From an uncultured Cyclobacteriaceae bacterium (GTDB lineage: Bacteria > Bacteroidota > Bacteroidia > Cytophagales > Cyclobacteriaceae), in assembly GCA_965365275.1 (NCBI GenBank), contig CBDUBA010000012.1, forward strand, positions 986 through 64,985: a stretch of 64,000 nt of DNA, read 5' to 3'. The stretch's first letter is position 1. Each line of letters begins with the position of its first letter. The notes below the pieces were generated by a model that was not told the DNA's origin, ran no database searches, and saw only the letters and a program-made list of their open reading frames with translations. Positions 50,481 through 60,906 of the stretch are shown in pieces. Made by a program: the position numbers and the translations under genes.

Positions 50481-51557
50481 ATGAGTATAGGTAAAAAATT
50501 CAGAGCTGGTGTTTTATACGGTAACGAAGTTAAGGAGTTATTGGATTATGCGAATGAAAATAATTTTGCATTGCCTGCTGTTAATGTTATCAGCACCAGT
50601 ACAGTAAATGCTGCAATTGAAACTGCACGCGACATTAATTCTCCAATTATCATCCAGTTTTCCAATGGTGGTGCTGTATTCTTTGCTGGGAAGGGCCTTT
50701 CCAATGAGAATGAAAAAGCAGCTATTGCTGGAGGTATTGCTGGAGCTCACCATGTCAGGGCGATGGCCGAAGCTTACGGAGTCCCTGTGATTTTGCATAC
50801 GGACCACTGTGCAAAGAAATTATTGCCATGGATTGATGGTTTATTAGATGCTGGAGAAAAGTATTACAAAGAAACTGGTCAGCCTTTGTATAGCTCACAT
50901 ATGCTTGATTTATCTGAAGAACCAATTGAAGAAAATATCGAAATTTCAAAGAAGTATCTGGAAAGAATGGATAAACTGGGTATGACACTCGAAATTGAAC
51001 TAGGTGTTACCGGTGGCGAAGAAGATGGGGTAGACAACACGGATGTCGATAGTTCTAAATTATATACTCAACCAGAAGAGGTCGCTTATGCTTATGAGCA
51101 ATTAAACCGAATCAGTGAAAACTTCACGATTGCAGCTGCTTTCGGGAACGTTCACGGTGTGTACAAACCAGGAAATGTTGTTCTGACTCCAATTATTTTA
51201 AAGAATTCGCAGGAGCATATTAAAGAGAAATTTGGAACAGGGGACAATCCAGTAAACTTTGTATTTCACGGCGGTTCAGGCTCAGAGCCGGAAAAAATAA
51301 CAGAAGCCATTGAATATGGAGCAGTAAAAATGAATATTGACACAGATACACAATGGGCATTCTGGGCTGGTGTTCTGGAATATTACAAAGCCAACGAAGG
51401 TTATCTTCAGGGTCAGATAGGAAATCCGGAAGGTGAAGATAAACCAAATAAGAAAAAATATGATCCAAGGGCTTGGTTACGGGAAGGTGAAAAGAGTTTT
51501 GTTGCCCGTTTAAGACAAGCTTTTGAAGACCTGAATTGTATTAATAGAAATGTGTAA
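50481..51557 (+). CDS. fbaA: class II fructose-bisphosphate aldolase
   Basis: FALPAVNV, PIIIQFSNGG, LHTDHC, HMLDLSEE, E.ELG.TGGEEDG and FVFHGGSG are hallmark class IIa FBA motifs. The length is 358 aa. Confidence 0.96.
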   Translation: MSIGKKFRAGVLYGNEVKELLDYANENNFALPAVNVISTSTVNAAIETARDINSPIIIQFSNGGAVFFAGKGLSNENEKAAIAGGIAGAHHVRAMAEAYGVPVILHTDHCAKKLLPWIDGLLDAGEKYYKETGQPLYSSHMLDLSEEPIEENIEISKKYLERMDKLGMTLEIELGVTGGEEDGVDNTDVDSSKLYTQPEEVAYAYEQLNRISENFTIAAAFGNVHGVYKPGNVVLTPIILKNSQEHIKEKFGTGDNPVNFVFHGGSGSEPEKITEAIEYGAVKMNIDTDTQWAFWAGVLEYYKANEGYLQGQIGNPEGEDKPNKKKYDPRAWLREGEKSFVARLRQAFEDLNCINRNV

Positions 51558-51580
51558 TTGAACTTGTTAGAAATAATTTC

Positions 51581-51614
51581 AAACCGTACTGGTATTCCCG
51601 GTACGGTTTTTTTT
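51581..51614 (+). terminator. rho-independent terminator after fbaA
   Basis: aaaccgtactgg-tattc-ccggtacggttt forms a ~10-bp stem followed by a T8 run, 24 nt after the stop. Confidence 0.88.
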
Positions 51615-51867
51615 ATATCAATCTATTTTTCCATACACTCAACACTCCCTCATTTATGTTAAATTGATCCAAAAGGTCAATTCGTAAATTCAAATGTTCT
51701 TTGGTAATTCTGGCATGCACAATGCCTGTATAAAAAAGTAGCTGAAATCCATTGAAAAATGCAATTGATCTGTTGCATTATAGAGTATTCTATTATATTT
51801 AATAGATCATTTCAAGTCCTGTTTATTATTGAGAAACAACAACACGTTTTAAAAGAAAGATATTATA

Positions 51868-53373
51868 ATGGCACAAAAACCACGATTAAGTTTCTGGCAG
51901 ATCTGGAATATGAGTTTTGGATTTCTTGGAATCCAATTTGGATTTGCACTCCAGAATGCCAATGTCAGCCGTATTTTTCAAACACTCGGTGCTGATGTAG
52001 ATGCTATTCCTATTTTATGGGTCGCAGCACCAGTTACAGGCCTGATCATTCAACCTATAATTGGCCATATGAGTGATAAAACATGGGGCAAACTGGGCCG
52101 AAGAAGACCTTATTTCCTGGTAGGTGCCGTATTGGCATCCATGGCACTGATAATTATGCCAAATTCACCTGCATTGTGGGTTGCAGCAGGGATGTTGTGG
52201 ATCATGGATGCTTCCATAAATATAAGTATGGAACCATTCCGGGCCTTCGTGGGAGATATGTTATCCAATGAACAGCGAACAGCAGGATTTGCCATGCAGA
52301 GTTTTTTTATTGGTACTGGTGCTGTCATTGCTTCCGCTCTCCCCTATTTGCTTACTAATTTTTTGGGAATCGATAATACAGCACCGGAAATGATGATCCC
52401 TGATTCTGTAAAATATTCCTTCTACATCGGAGCATCTGTTTTTTTTCTGGCCGTGCTTTGGACAGTTATCTCATCAAAAGAATACAGCCCCGGGGAATTG
52501 GCTTCCTTTGATGAAGGTGCAGCAGATATTGAATCCGGCGAGGCAGCCAACCAGTCCGATGCGACAACTTATGAGAAAAAGATTAATTATTTGAGGAAAA
52601 GTCTGGTATGGATACTGGCGGGTATTATTGGCAGCTATATAGTTTATCATTATACACTTGATAAGGAGCTGTATGTTCTGGGTGTTGGAGCTGTTGTGTT
52701 TGGGATTATACAGTTATTGACTGGGATAATGTTGAAAAATAATCGAACAAATGGGATGACGGAGATAATCGAAGACCTTTTTCATATGCCAAAGACTATG
52801 CGACAACTTGCCGTTGTACAATTCTTCTCCTGGTTTGCCTTGTTCGCCATGTGGATTTATACCGTCCCTGCGGTAACAAGTCATATTTATGGCACTTCAG
52901 ATGTTACTTCAGAAGCGTATAATGAAGGCGCCAACTGGGTGGGTGTTTTGATGAGCGTTTACAACGGATTCGCAGCCTTAATAGCTTTTATGCTGCCTGT
53001 TATCGCAAAACGCACCAACAGGAAAGTAACCCATTTGATCGCCCTCCTGTTTGGTGGGCTTGGGCTGATGTCTTTTTATATATTTAAGAATCCTTATATG
53101 CTGATCATATCAGAAATAGGAATTGGATTCGCATGGGCAAGTATACTTTCCATGCCATATGCTATTCTGACAGGATCATTACCATCTAATAAAATGGGCG
53201 TTTATATGGGTATTTTTAATTTCTTTATTGTTATACCACAGATCCTTGCAGCCAGCATATTGGGATTCATTACGAAAGATCTTTTTGGCGGAGAAGCCAT
53301 TTACGCACTTATGCTTGGCGGGATCTCAATGATCATAGCCGGATTTATCACCCTGAAGGTGGATGATAAATAA
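51868..53373 (+). CDS. MFS transporter, GPH/SLC45-like sugar:cation symporter
   Basis: 12-TM pattern. The N-terminal region (GFLGIQFGFALQNANVSRIFQ...PVTGLIIQPIIGHMSDKTWGKLGRRRPYF) is typical of the sucrose/maltose-type GPH family. Confidence 0.88.
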   Translation: MAQKPRLSFWQIWNMSFGFLGIQFGFALQNANVSRIFQTLGADVDAIPILWVAAPVTGLIIQPIIGHMSDKTWGKLGRRRPYFLVGAVLASMALIIMPNSPALWVAAGMLWIMDASINISMEPFRAFVGDMLSNEQRTAGFAMQSFFIGTGAVIASALPYLLTNFLGIDNTAPEMMIPDSVKYSFYIGASVFFLAVLWTVISSKEYSPGELASFDEGAADIESGEAANQSDATTYEKKINYLRKSLVWILAGIIGSYIVYHYTLDKELYVLGVGAVVFGIIQLLTGIMLKNNRTNGMTEIIEDLFHMPKTMRQLAVVQFFSWFALFAMWIYTVPAVTSHIYGTSDVTSEAYNEGANWVGVLMSVYNGFAALIAFMLPVIAKRTNRKVTHLIALLFGGLGLMSFYIFKNPYMLIISEIGIGFAWASILSMPYAILTGSLPSNKMGVYMGIFNFFIVIPQILAASILGFITKDLFGGEAIYALMLGGISMIIAGFITLKVDDK

Positions 53374-53511
53374 TTGAATCAGGATCCCCGTAAAATATCC
53401 CCTTAAGGATTAAGTATATCTACAGGATATTTAAATCCATCATTACGGTTATGGTTTGTTTCTTTAAAGATAAGAACTCGTATCCTTTAACAATTACGAA
53501 CTCAGTATATA

Positions 53512-55053
53512 TCAATCCTTTTCAAATGGATTTTCCTTTCTCGGTAACTTTTGATCCCTTTCTGCAGTTAGATAGACAAAAGAAGCAATTATCACTGCCA
53601 TTTGCTGAAGATCCGGGATCAGCAATCTTTCGTATGTATCCATATTCGTATGCCATGTCCTCAAATCGTAATCAATCGGATCCTGTATAAACTGAAATCC
53701 TGGTAAACCAACATCATCAAAAGCTCTATGGTCTGTGCCTGAAGTATTGCGTAAGGTAACTGTCGGATGATCTATCATATCCTTCAGAGGCTCGAACCAC
53801 TGTTCAAAAATAGGCCGTAGCATATCATTTTCCTGCAAATAAATTCCTCTGATCCTGCCGGTGCCATTGTCAATATTATAATAGGCAGACAATTTATCAT
53901 AATCGGGATGCACTATGCCATCTTCTTTATTGGCAAAGTGATTCTTTATATAGTTTCTGGACCCATACAATCCTTGCTCCTCTCCGGACCACAGGGCTAT
54001 TCTGATTGTACGCTTAGGGGTATAACCGATGGCCTTTAAAATCCTGACCGCCTCCATCATAACAATACATCCCGCAGCATTATCAACGGCTCCAGTACCT
54101 GCATGCCATGAATCCAGGTGCCCTCCCAGCATAACAAGTTCGGATCGAAGATTCTTATCTGCTCCTGAGATATCTCCTACTACATTAAAAGAATTAAGGT
54201 TGTCTTCATAAAAGGTAGTTTTGACTTCGGATTCGACGGTCACCTTGATGTCTTTTTCCAATAATCTGGCCATAAGATCCGCATGTTCCGGTGCCATTTC
54301 CAATTGAGCAAAGGGTATTTTTGCCTCCGGCTTATAGGCATCACCACCTCCATTGGTTTTAAAGGTCCCATGTTTTCCCCTCGATCCCCTGATCAATAAT
54401 GCAATGCCCTCCTCATCAAGTAATTCATTGATTTTATTGTCAAGTGCTCTTCGTGCGCGATATTGAGCTATTCTTTCAGGTGAATATCTGCCAGATCCTC
54501 CAATTCTTTGTTTGGCTTCCTCATCAAGTTCCTCTTTGGTATATCTGAACGCCTCTGCTTCAAATGAAGGGGCGGTATCTGCTGAAGATCTGAGAAGCAC
54601 GATCTTATCTTTCAACTTTCCTTTATAAGGTTCAAGATCTTCTTTTGAGCTCACATCAATTAAAATCACTTCGTCTGAGATCATGCCATTTGTAGAACCA
54701 GTCCAGGCCTTGGGTATTGCAATAAATGGAAAATAGTAAGGTTCTTTCATAGCTACATAACATTTATCAACCTTCCATCCCTTGCCAAATTCTCCCCATT
54801 CTTCCATCATAGCATTGTCTAATCCCCATGTTTTTAGTTGTCTAACAGCCCATTCACCAGCCTGCCTGTGTCCTGGTGAGTTCGTAAGTCGTGGTCCAAA
54901 TGCATCAGTAAGGTAAAATGCAAGATCATTTACATTTGAATTTTTAAGGCCTTCCTGACGAATCTTATGAATCATCTCAAGATCAATAACTTCCTGAGCG
55001 GAAACCGGGAAGACGATAAAAAGTACAACAATTACCTTATAAAAATTTTTCAT
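53512..55053 (-). CDS. M28 family metallopeptidase with a PA domain
   Basis: Zinc-ligand contexts are GGHLDSWH, GAVDNAAG, SGEEQGLYGS and a C-terminal H (TDH). It has a signal peptide (MKNFYKVIVVLFIVFPVSAQE). I trimmed the start to the ATG at 55053, which begins the signal peptide. Confidence 0.9.
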   Translation of the reverse strand: MKNFYKVIVVLFIVFPVSAQEVIDLEMIHKIRQEGLKNSNVNDLAFYLTDAFGPRLTNSPGHRQAGEWAVRQLKTWGLDNAMMEEWGEFGKGWKVDKCYVAMKEPYYFPFIAIPKAWTGSTNGMISDEVILIDVSSKEDLEPYKGKLKDKIVLLRSSADTAPSFEAEAFRYTKEELDEEAKQRIGGSGRYSPERIAQYRARRALDNKINELLDEEGIALLIRGSRGKHGTFKTNGGGDAYKPEAKIPFAQLEMAPEHADLMARLLEKDIKVTVESEVKTTFYEDNLNSFNVVGDISGADKNLRSELVMLGGHLDSWHAGTGAVDNAAGCIVMMEAVRILKAIGYTPKRTIRIALWSGEEQGLYGSRNYIKNHFANKEDGIVHPDYDKLSAYYNIDNGTGRIRGIYLQENDMLRPIFEQWFEPLKDMIDHPTVTLRNTSGTDHRAFDDVGLPGFQFIQDPIDYDLRTWHTNMDTYERLLIPDLQQMAVIIASFVYLTAERDQKLPRKENPFEKD

Positions 55054-55274
55054 AGTGTAAAAATTAAAAAATGAATTATAACCGGGGACGAGTTTAAGCA
55101 CTAAATATAAATTTTGAAAGGATTGACCAGTTTTTTAGTTCTGATATATTTTGAATAGAAAGATTTATAATATGAAATTCTAAATAATTAAACGAATCCG
55201 GAATTTTTTAATATCAATCATTGTTAATAATAGTGAATGATAGCCAGTGATTTTTTACATAAAACAATTAAGTC

Positions 55275-56594
55275 ATGAAAATCAACATAACATTTATTAT
55301 TATTTTTCTCTTCTCAATGTCATTTTCGATTATTTTTAATTCCTGCGATGAAACAGAAGAACCCGATCAGGATGTATCGGGACCTTCGGCCCCAACCCTG
55401 ATATATCCGGAGGATGAAGCCAACGATGTTCTTACGTTTGATGAACTGCGATGGTCCTATCCCCTTGGAGGAATTGAAGAGGATCCGGTCAAATTTAATA
55501 TCTATCTGGATGAATCTCAAAATCCTTCTTCCATGCTGGCTTCTGGTCTTAATCAAAGAACCTTTGAACTATCCTTGACACCAAATGAAACATATTATTG
55601 GAAAGTGGTGGCTGATGCGGGTAAATACGGACAAAAAGAGAGTGAGGTAAGGAGTTTTACTACAATCAATACAAATCCTCAGGATGTAACCCTTTCCTAT
55701 CCGACAAATGGATCCGTTGATATTCCTGTGGATGCAAGATTGACCTGGCAACAGGCAGAGGATCCGGATGGATTCCAGGTACTGTATGATTTCTATTTTG
55801 GAGAAGCCGAAAGTACATTGAGTCTTATCAGTGCTGATCAAACCCAATTGTCTTACCTTCCCCAATTAAGTCCAAATACCACCTATTACTGGAAGGTGAT
55901 CGTGAAGGATCCGCATGATGGATCTTCAGAAAGTCCGGTTTGGTCATTTACGACCATTGATGATAGTCCCGTAGATATAGATTATTTGACATTCGCAGAT
56001 GATCGTGTGGGAGGACAAGGAGAATTCCTGGCAGTTGATATAAATGGACAGATTTGGATGGCCGAAAATCTCGCATATCTGCCTTCGGTTGGAAGTTCAA
56101 TTCGAGTTTATGATTATGAAGGATCAAATGTTGATGATGCAAAGCTGACTGAAAATTATAAAAAATACGGAGCACTATATACCTGGATTGAGGCGACGGA
56201 TGGTGGTTATACCAGTAATGATATACCCAGTGGTGTTCAAGGCGTATGTCCGGCTGGATGGCATATGCCGAGCAGAGCGGAATGGAACTTACTGAGGGAT
56301 TTTATCATAGCTGAGGGAAATACCGCGATAGGTACAGTGTTAAAATCAAGAACGGATGACTGGTATGACGATGGCCACGGAACAGATAAATATGGTTTCG
56401 GCGGCCTTCCGGGAGGACAGTACTATAATGGGGAATTTACCTTGCTTGGAATGTACGGATACTACTGGACAACAGGAGCTTATGTAGAGAGCACAGCCTG
56501 GTATAGAGATTTATCCTATCGAAGTACAGGCATGGGACAAGGTGTGGCCTATAATGACCAATACTGGTTTTCCGTTCGTTGTATTAAAGACTAA
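55275..56594 (+). CDS. lipoprotein with two Ig/Fn3-like repeats and a C-terminal FISUMP (Fibrobacter succinogenes major paralogous) domain
   Basis: It has a lipobox (IIFNSC) and tandem ~95-aa repeats, each ending YYWKV...S.V(R/W)SFTT. The C-terminal segment IWMAENLAY...YGALYTW...CPAGWHMPS.AEW..L...GFGGLPGG...YYWT...SVRCIKD is the FISUMP signature. Confidence 0.85.
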   Translation: MKINITFIIIFLFSMSFSIIFNSCDETEEPDQDVSGPSAPTLIYPEDEANDVLTFDELRWSYPLGGIEEDPVKFNIYLDESQNPSSMLASGLNQRTFELSLTPNETYYWKVVADAGKYGQKESEVRSFTTINTNPQDVTLSYPTNGSVDIPVDARLTWQQAEDPDGFQVLYDFYFGEAESTLSLISADQTQLSYLPQLSPNTTYYWKVIVKDPHDGSSESPVWSFTTIDDSPVDIDYLTFADDRVGGQGEFLAVDINGQIWMAENLAYLPSVGSSIRVYDYEGSNVDDAKLTENYKKYGALYTWIEATDGGYTSNDIPSGVQGVCPAGWHMPSRAEWNLLRDFIIAEGNTAIGTVLKSRTDDWYDDGHGTDKYGFGGLPGGQYYNGEFTLLGMYGYYWTTGAYVESTAWYRDLSYRSTGMGQGVAYNDQYWFSVRCIKD

Positions 56595-56829
56595 GACGAT
56601 TCCGGGATGAAATGTAAGTGTCTATACCATGAGATAATCCCCCTGTTTATATTCGATTTATAGTATAATAAGAATAATTTGACCCTCATACACCTCAATT
56701 AACTTTAGTCAAAAGAAGGCACAAACTTGATAGCATATATTTATATATTTTATTAAAAAGCAATACCTAAACCGCAAAAGGTCACTTTTATAAATTAAAG
56801 GCCGTTCGTTGCAATACATTTTTATTGCT

Positions 56830-56837
56830 TATTTTTG
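56830..56837 (+). promoter_or_regulatory. candidate Bacteroidota sigma-A -7 element (TAnnTTTG)
   Basis: TATTTTTG matches the TAnnTTTG consensus exactly, with a TTG about 20 nt upstream (cgTTGc). It ends only 6 nt before the mtaB ATG, implying a leaderless or near-leaderless mRNA if it is used. Confidence 0.3.
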
Positions 56838-56843
56838 CGGGAT

Positions 56844-58169
56844 ATGAGAACAGTGGCATTCTATACTTTAGGCTGTAAGCTTAATTTCTCTGAAACCTCA
56901 ACCATTTCCCGATTATTTGAAAACAAAGGATTCAGGAAAGTTAACTTCGAAGATGGAGCAGATATTTATATTATAAATACCTGCAGTGTTACTGATAATG
57001 CCGATAAAAAGTGCAGGAAAGTTGTGAAAGAGGCTCAAAAGGTTGCTAAAGATCCCTATATCATTATAATGGGATGTTACGCGCAATTAAAACCTCAGGA
57101 AATAGTCAACATTCCGGGCGTTGATACCGTACTGGGTGCCGCTGAAAAATTCAAAATCTTTGATTATATTGAAGATTTCAAAAAGACTGAAAAGCCTACA
57201 GTTCATGCAGCTCCTATCAGTGAAGTCAGTTCTTATCATCAGGCTTTTTCTATCAATGACCGAACGCGGACTTTCTTAAAAGTTCAGGATGGATGCGATT
57301 ATTCCTGTGCATTCTGTACTATTCCCCTTGCAAGGGGAAAAAGCAGAAGCGATTCCATTGAGAACATATTGAAAAATGCAAAAGAAATCGCTTCAAAGGG
57401 TGTTAAGGAAATTGTTCTTACCGGCGTTAATACCGGGGATTATGGGATTATTGAAAATAGACGCGTATCCCGTTTTATAGATTTGATTCGGGAACTTGAT
57501 AAAATAGATGGCATTGAGAGGTTCCGTATTTCATCCATCGAGCCTAATTTACTTACCGATGAGATAATCGACTTTGTTTCAAAATCTGAACGATTTGTTC
57601 CTCATTTCCACATTCCACTTCAATCTGGATCGAATAAGATCCTGAAACTGATGAGAAGACGATATCTTAGAGAATTGTACCTGGACAGGATAACCAAGAT
57701 CAGGGAGCTTATGCCTTTTTCCTGTATTGGTGTTGATGTGATCGTAGGTTTTCCAGGTGAGACTGATGAAGAGTTCAGGTCCAGTTACGAATTCATTAAC
57801 GAACTTGATGTATCCTATTTACATGTATTTACCTATTCTGAACGTGCCAACACTAAAGCTATAGATATGCCTGGGTCGGTTCCTGTTAAAGTACGTAATG
57901 AAAGATCGAAGATGTTGCGTAATCTTTCATTCAAGAAAAGGCATAAATTCTATAATGATAATCTCGGTAGAAACGAGGTAGTGCTTTTCGAACACGATGT
58001 TGAAGATGGTAGAATGCACGGGTTTACAAATAATTATATCCGCGTGGTGGCTAATTATGATCCTCTTCTGATTAATGAAACACTTCCCGTAAAGCTAAGG
58101 GAAATCAATTCAAACGGGCTGGTTGAAGTTGAAGAATTTCTTAATGAACCCGAATTATCCAATCCTTAA
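56844..58169 (+). CDS. mtaB: tRNA (t6A37) methylthiotransferase MtaB (radical SAM)
   Basis: It has an N-terminal MTTase domain (VAFYTLGCKLN), a radical-SAM CDYSCAFCTIP (CxxxCxxC) motif and a C-terminal TRAM-like region. The start is placed at the first ATG (56844), not the TTG at 56835. Confidence 0.9.
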   Translation: MRTVAFYTLGCKLNFSETSTISRLFENKGFRKVNFEDGADIYIINTCSVTDNADKKCRKVVKEAQKVAKDPYIIIMGCYAQLKPQEIVNIPGVDTVLGAAEKFKIFDYIEDFKKTEKPTVHAAPISEVSSYHQAFSINDRTRTFLKVQDGCDYSCAFCTIPLARGKSRSDSIENILKNAKEIASKGVKEIVLTGVNTGDYGIIENRRVSRFIDLIRELDKIDGIERFRISSIEPNLLTDEIIDFVSKSERFVPHFHIPLQSGSNKILKLMRRRYLRELYLDRITKIRELMPFSCIGVDVIVGFPGETDEEFRSSYEFINELDVSYLHVFTYSERANTKAIDMPGSVPVKVRNERSKMLRNLSFKKRHKFYNDNLGRNEVVLFEHDVEDGRMHGFTNNYIRVVANYDPLLINETLPVKLREINSNGLVEVEEFLNEPELSNP

Positions 58170-58271
58170 TTCAAAAGCAATTATAGTTTGACTATCAAGC
58201 ACCGTTCCCAATACGTGCTCCGGAGAACCATAATAGAGGATCATCACGCTGGTCTTCCACAGGCGTTTCAC

Positions 58272-59519
58272 TTATTCAAACCGTAAAGCTTCGATCGGGT
58301 CCAGCCTGGAAGCCTTAAAAGCTGGATAAGTACCTGAAATTAAACCCACTGCGATACAGATAGCGAAACCTACGATTACCCATAACCATGGAATTATAAA
58401 GGCCCCACCTGCACTGATGAGGCCAGAGATCAGGTTACCAATAGCGATTCCAAGAATTACGCCTCCTAAACCGCCAAAAATACATATCACAATTGCTTCT
58501 ATCAAAAACTGCTCTCTGATCTTCCTGGGATTGGCTCCTATGGCCTTTCTAATACCAATTTCACGGGTGCGCTCAGTAACAGAAACCAACATGATATTCA
58601 TGAGTCCCACCGATGCTCCGAGCAATGTTATAAATCCTATTATAAACCCACCAATTCTCAGGTAGGAGCTTATATTTTCGAGTTCTTCTTCCAGGGTAAG
58701 GTTTCTGGATATCTCAAATGAGTTTTCCTGTCCTATGGGATCCTGACGGATAGTCCTCATTAATCCCGTGGCCTGGCCTTGGGTAAATTCCATCTGTTCA
58801 GGGTTATCAACGCCAACATTTATATAATAACTAAAGTTTGTCCAGCCAGTATTAAGACGGATAGCACTCTCAATGGGTATTATAACAGACCTGTCAGATC
58901 CACTATCTCCCCCCAGGGCACCTTCTTTCTTTAATACCCCGACCACTTTGTATTTATTCCCAAAACATGCAATCTCCTTATCCAATGGACTTTCATTCGC
59001 TTCGAACAATTTTTCAACCACCTGATTTCCAACCAAAGCTACCGGTCTTCCAAATTTTACTTCGTAAGAGGAAAAGTTCCTGCCTGATTCAATATTATAA
59101 CCCTGCAGGTTCAGGTAATTTTCATTGGCTCCTACAATTCTAATATTGGGATCTGTTTTTTTAGATAACCTTTTTACTTCGGCATTCCATGAAACATATG
59201 TGGAAACACTTACGGCTTGAGAATATTTAAAAAGGTTTTTAAATCTCTTTACTTCAAAATACTGTAATGGTTCGTACTTTTTCTCTTCGATTCCACTTCT
59301 ATTCCGTCCCCTGTCTGTTCGTTTTGACCGGATCTCGAAGGAATTAGCTCCTAAATTTGAAAAGCTATTATTAATTGAGGCTTTCATACTGTCAATGGCT
59401 GTAAGAATACCTACCAAGGAAGTTATTCCTATAGCAATAATCAAGGCTGTGAGGATGGACCGCAATAAATTGGCTGAAATAGACCTTAATCCTTCTGAGA
59501 TATTTACTAAAAGATTCAT
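58272..59519 (-). CDS. ABC transporter permease (MacB_PCD + FtsX), orphan
   Basis: 415 aa with an N-terminal TM helix, a periplasmic domain and an [14 protein letters not shown] loop. It ends PIEALRFE. No adjacent ATPase gene is present. Confidence 0.9.
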   Translation of the reverse strand: MNLLVNISEGLRSISANLLRSILTALIIAIGITSLVGILTAIDSMKASINNSFSNLGANSFEIRSKRTDRGRNRSGIEEKKYEPLQYFEVKRFKNLFKYSQAVSVSTYVSWNAEVKRLSKKTDPNIRIVGANENYLNLQGYNIESGRNFSSYEVKFGRPVALVGNQVVEKLFEANESPLDKEIACFGNKYKVVGVLKKEGALGGDSGSDRSVIIPIESAIRLNTGWTNFSYYINVGVDNPEQMEFTQGQATGLMRTIRQDPIGQENSFEISRNLTLEEELENISSYLRIGGFIIGFITLLGASVGLMNIMLVSVTERTREIGIRKAIGANPRKIREQFLIEAIVICIFGGLGGVILGIAIGNLISGLISAGGAFIIPWLWVIVGFAICIAVGLISGTYPAFKASRLDPIEALRFE

Positions 59520-59619
59520 GAAAGCATGCTTTTTATAAAGATAAATATACTTGGCAATTTTTACTCAATTAAGTAATATTACTCTAATGTAGAATAATTT
59601 ATATGAAAGGTAATATAAG

Positions 59620-60894
59620 ATGGTAAAACTCTCCAGGTTGGTTTTGATGTTATGTATAACACTGATTATTGGGATGCATGCTTCTAAAGCTGCATATATA
59701 TTAATCCCAATGGATAACAGTCAGACAAACCATTTGAAAGCGTATGGTATTGCCTACTGGACATTGCAAAATGAAGTAGAGATCGACTGGCTTCTAAATT
59801 ACCGTGGTGGAAGTTTTATGGTCAAATATTTGCAGAAAATCGAAAATGAGCTGATCATTAGGGGTGTGGCCTTTACTGTAATATCCGATGCTCAATACAA
59901 TCAAATATTAAATGAAATATCAAGTCCCTCCTCCAATACTGATGTGATGAAGTTGGAAAAAGCACCCCGTATTGCTGTTTACTCTCCAAAAAGCAATCAA
60001 CCCTGGGATGATGCAGTTACCCTGGTATTGACCTACGCGGAGATACCCTATGATGTTATTTTTGATGATGAAGTGATCTATGACGAACTACTCAAATATG
60101 ACTGGTTACACCTGCATCATGAAGATTTCACAGGACAGTATGGAAAATTTTACCGAAATTACCGGAACTTCCCATGGTATATACAACAACAACAGGAATT
60201 TGAAGCCAGTGCAAGGAAACATGGATTTCAGAAAGTATCCCAATTGAAACTGGCAATTGTCAAGAAAATTAAACTATATGTCATCGGTGGAGGATTTCTG
60301 TTTGCCATGTGTTCGGCCACTGATACCTTCGATATTGCCCTTGCTGCGGATGGTGTTGACATTTGTGAATACATGTATGATGGTGATCCCGCTGATCCGG
60401 CGGCACAGAAAAAAATGGTATACGATAATACCCTGGCATTTAAGGATTTCAAGCTTGTCCGGGATCCACTTGAATACGAATTTTCTAATATAGATCAGAA
60501 TGCTCCTGAAAGAAATATCATAGCTGAAAATGATTTCTTTACACTTTTTGAATTTTCTGCCAAATGGGATCCAATTCCTACCATGCTGACGCAAAATCAT
60601 GAGAAAATTGTAAAGGGTTTTATGGGACAAACAACAGCTTATAAAAAGAGTCTTATAAAGCCTGAAGTGGTCATAATGGGTGAAAATAAAGATCTGAACG
60701 AGGCTAAATATCTGCATGGGATCCAGGGTAAAGGATTTTTCACTTTCTATGGCGGACATGATCCGGAAGATTACCAGCATATTGTGGGAGAAGCACCAAC
60801 AGATTTAAACCTTCACCCAAATTCACCCGGTTACAGGTTAATTCTTAATAACATACTCTTTCCTGCCGCCAAAAAGAAGAAGCAGAAAACCTGA
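59620..60894 (+). CDS. hypothetical exported protein with a class-I glutamine-amidotransferase-like (nucleophile-elbow Cys) region
   Basis: 424 aa with a signal/anchor (LVLMLCITLIIGMHASKAA). The pattern PRIAVYSP...LLKYDWLHLHHEDF...GGGFLFAMCSATD resembles a flavodoxin-like GATase1/ThuA-type fold with a Cys elbow. It has a K-rich C-terminus. The family was not verified. Confidence 0.7.
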   Translation: MVKLSRLVLMLCITLIIGMHASKAAYILIPMDNSQTNHLKAYGIAYWTLQNEVEIDWLLNYRGGSFMVKYLQKIENELIIRGVAFTVISDAQYNQILNEISSPSSNTDVMKLEKAPRIAVYSPKSNQPWDDAVTLVLTYAEIPYDVIFDDEVIYDELLKYDWLHLHHEDFTGQYGKFYRNYRNFPWYIQQQQEFEASARKHGFQKVSQLKLAIVKKIKLYVIGGGFLFAMCSATDTFDIALAADGVDICEYMYDGDPADPAAQKKMVYDNTLAFKDFKLVRDPLEYEFSNIDQNAPERNIIAENDFFTLFEFSAKWDPIPTMLTQNHEKIVKGFMGQTTAYKKSLIKPEVVIMGENKDLNEAKYLHGIQGKGFFTFYGGHDPEDYQHIVGEAPTDLNLHPNSPGYRLILNNILFPAAKKKKQKT

Positions 60895-60906
60895 TATGCT
60901 TAAAAA

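Noticed and set aside
58170-58271. Relatively GC-rich 100-nt spacer between convergent mtaB and the FtsX permease; considered as a small RNA or terminator
   Set aside because: Only weak 5-bp stems (agcac/gtgct) are present, with no U-run and no resemblance to tRNA, SRP, 6S or RNase P motifs.
60274-60780. 168-aa antisense ORF inside 59620..60894
   Set aside because: It has no motifs, and the sense frame has a signal peptide and structured-looking sequence. It is treated as a shadow ORF.
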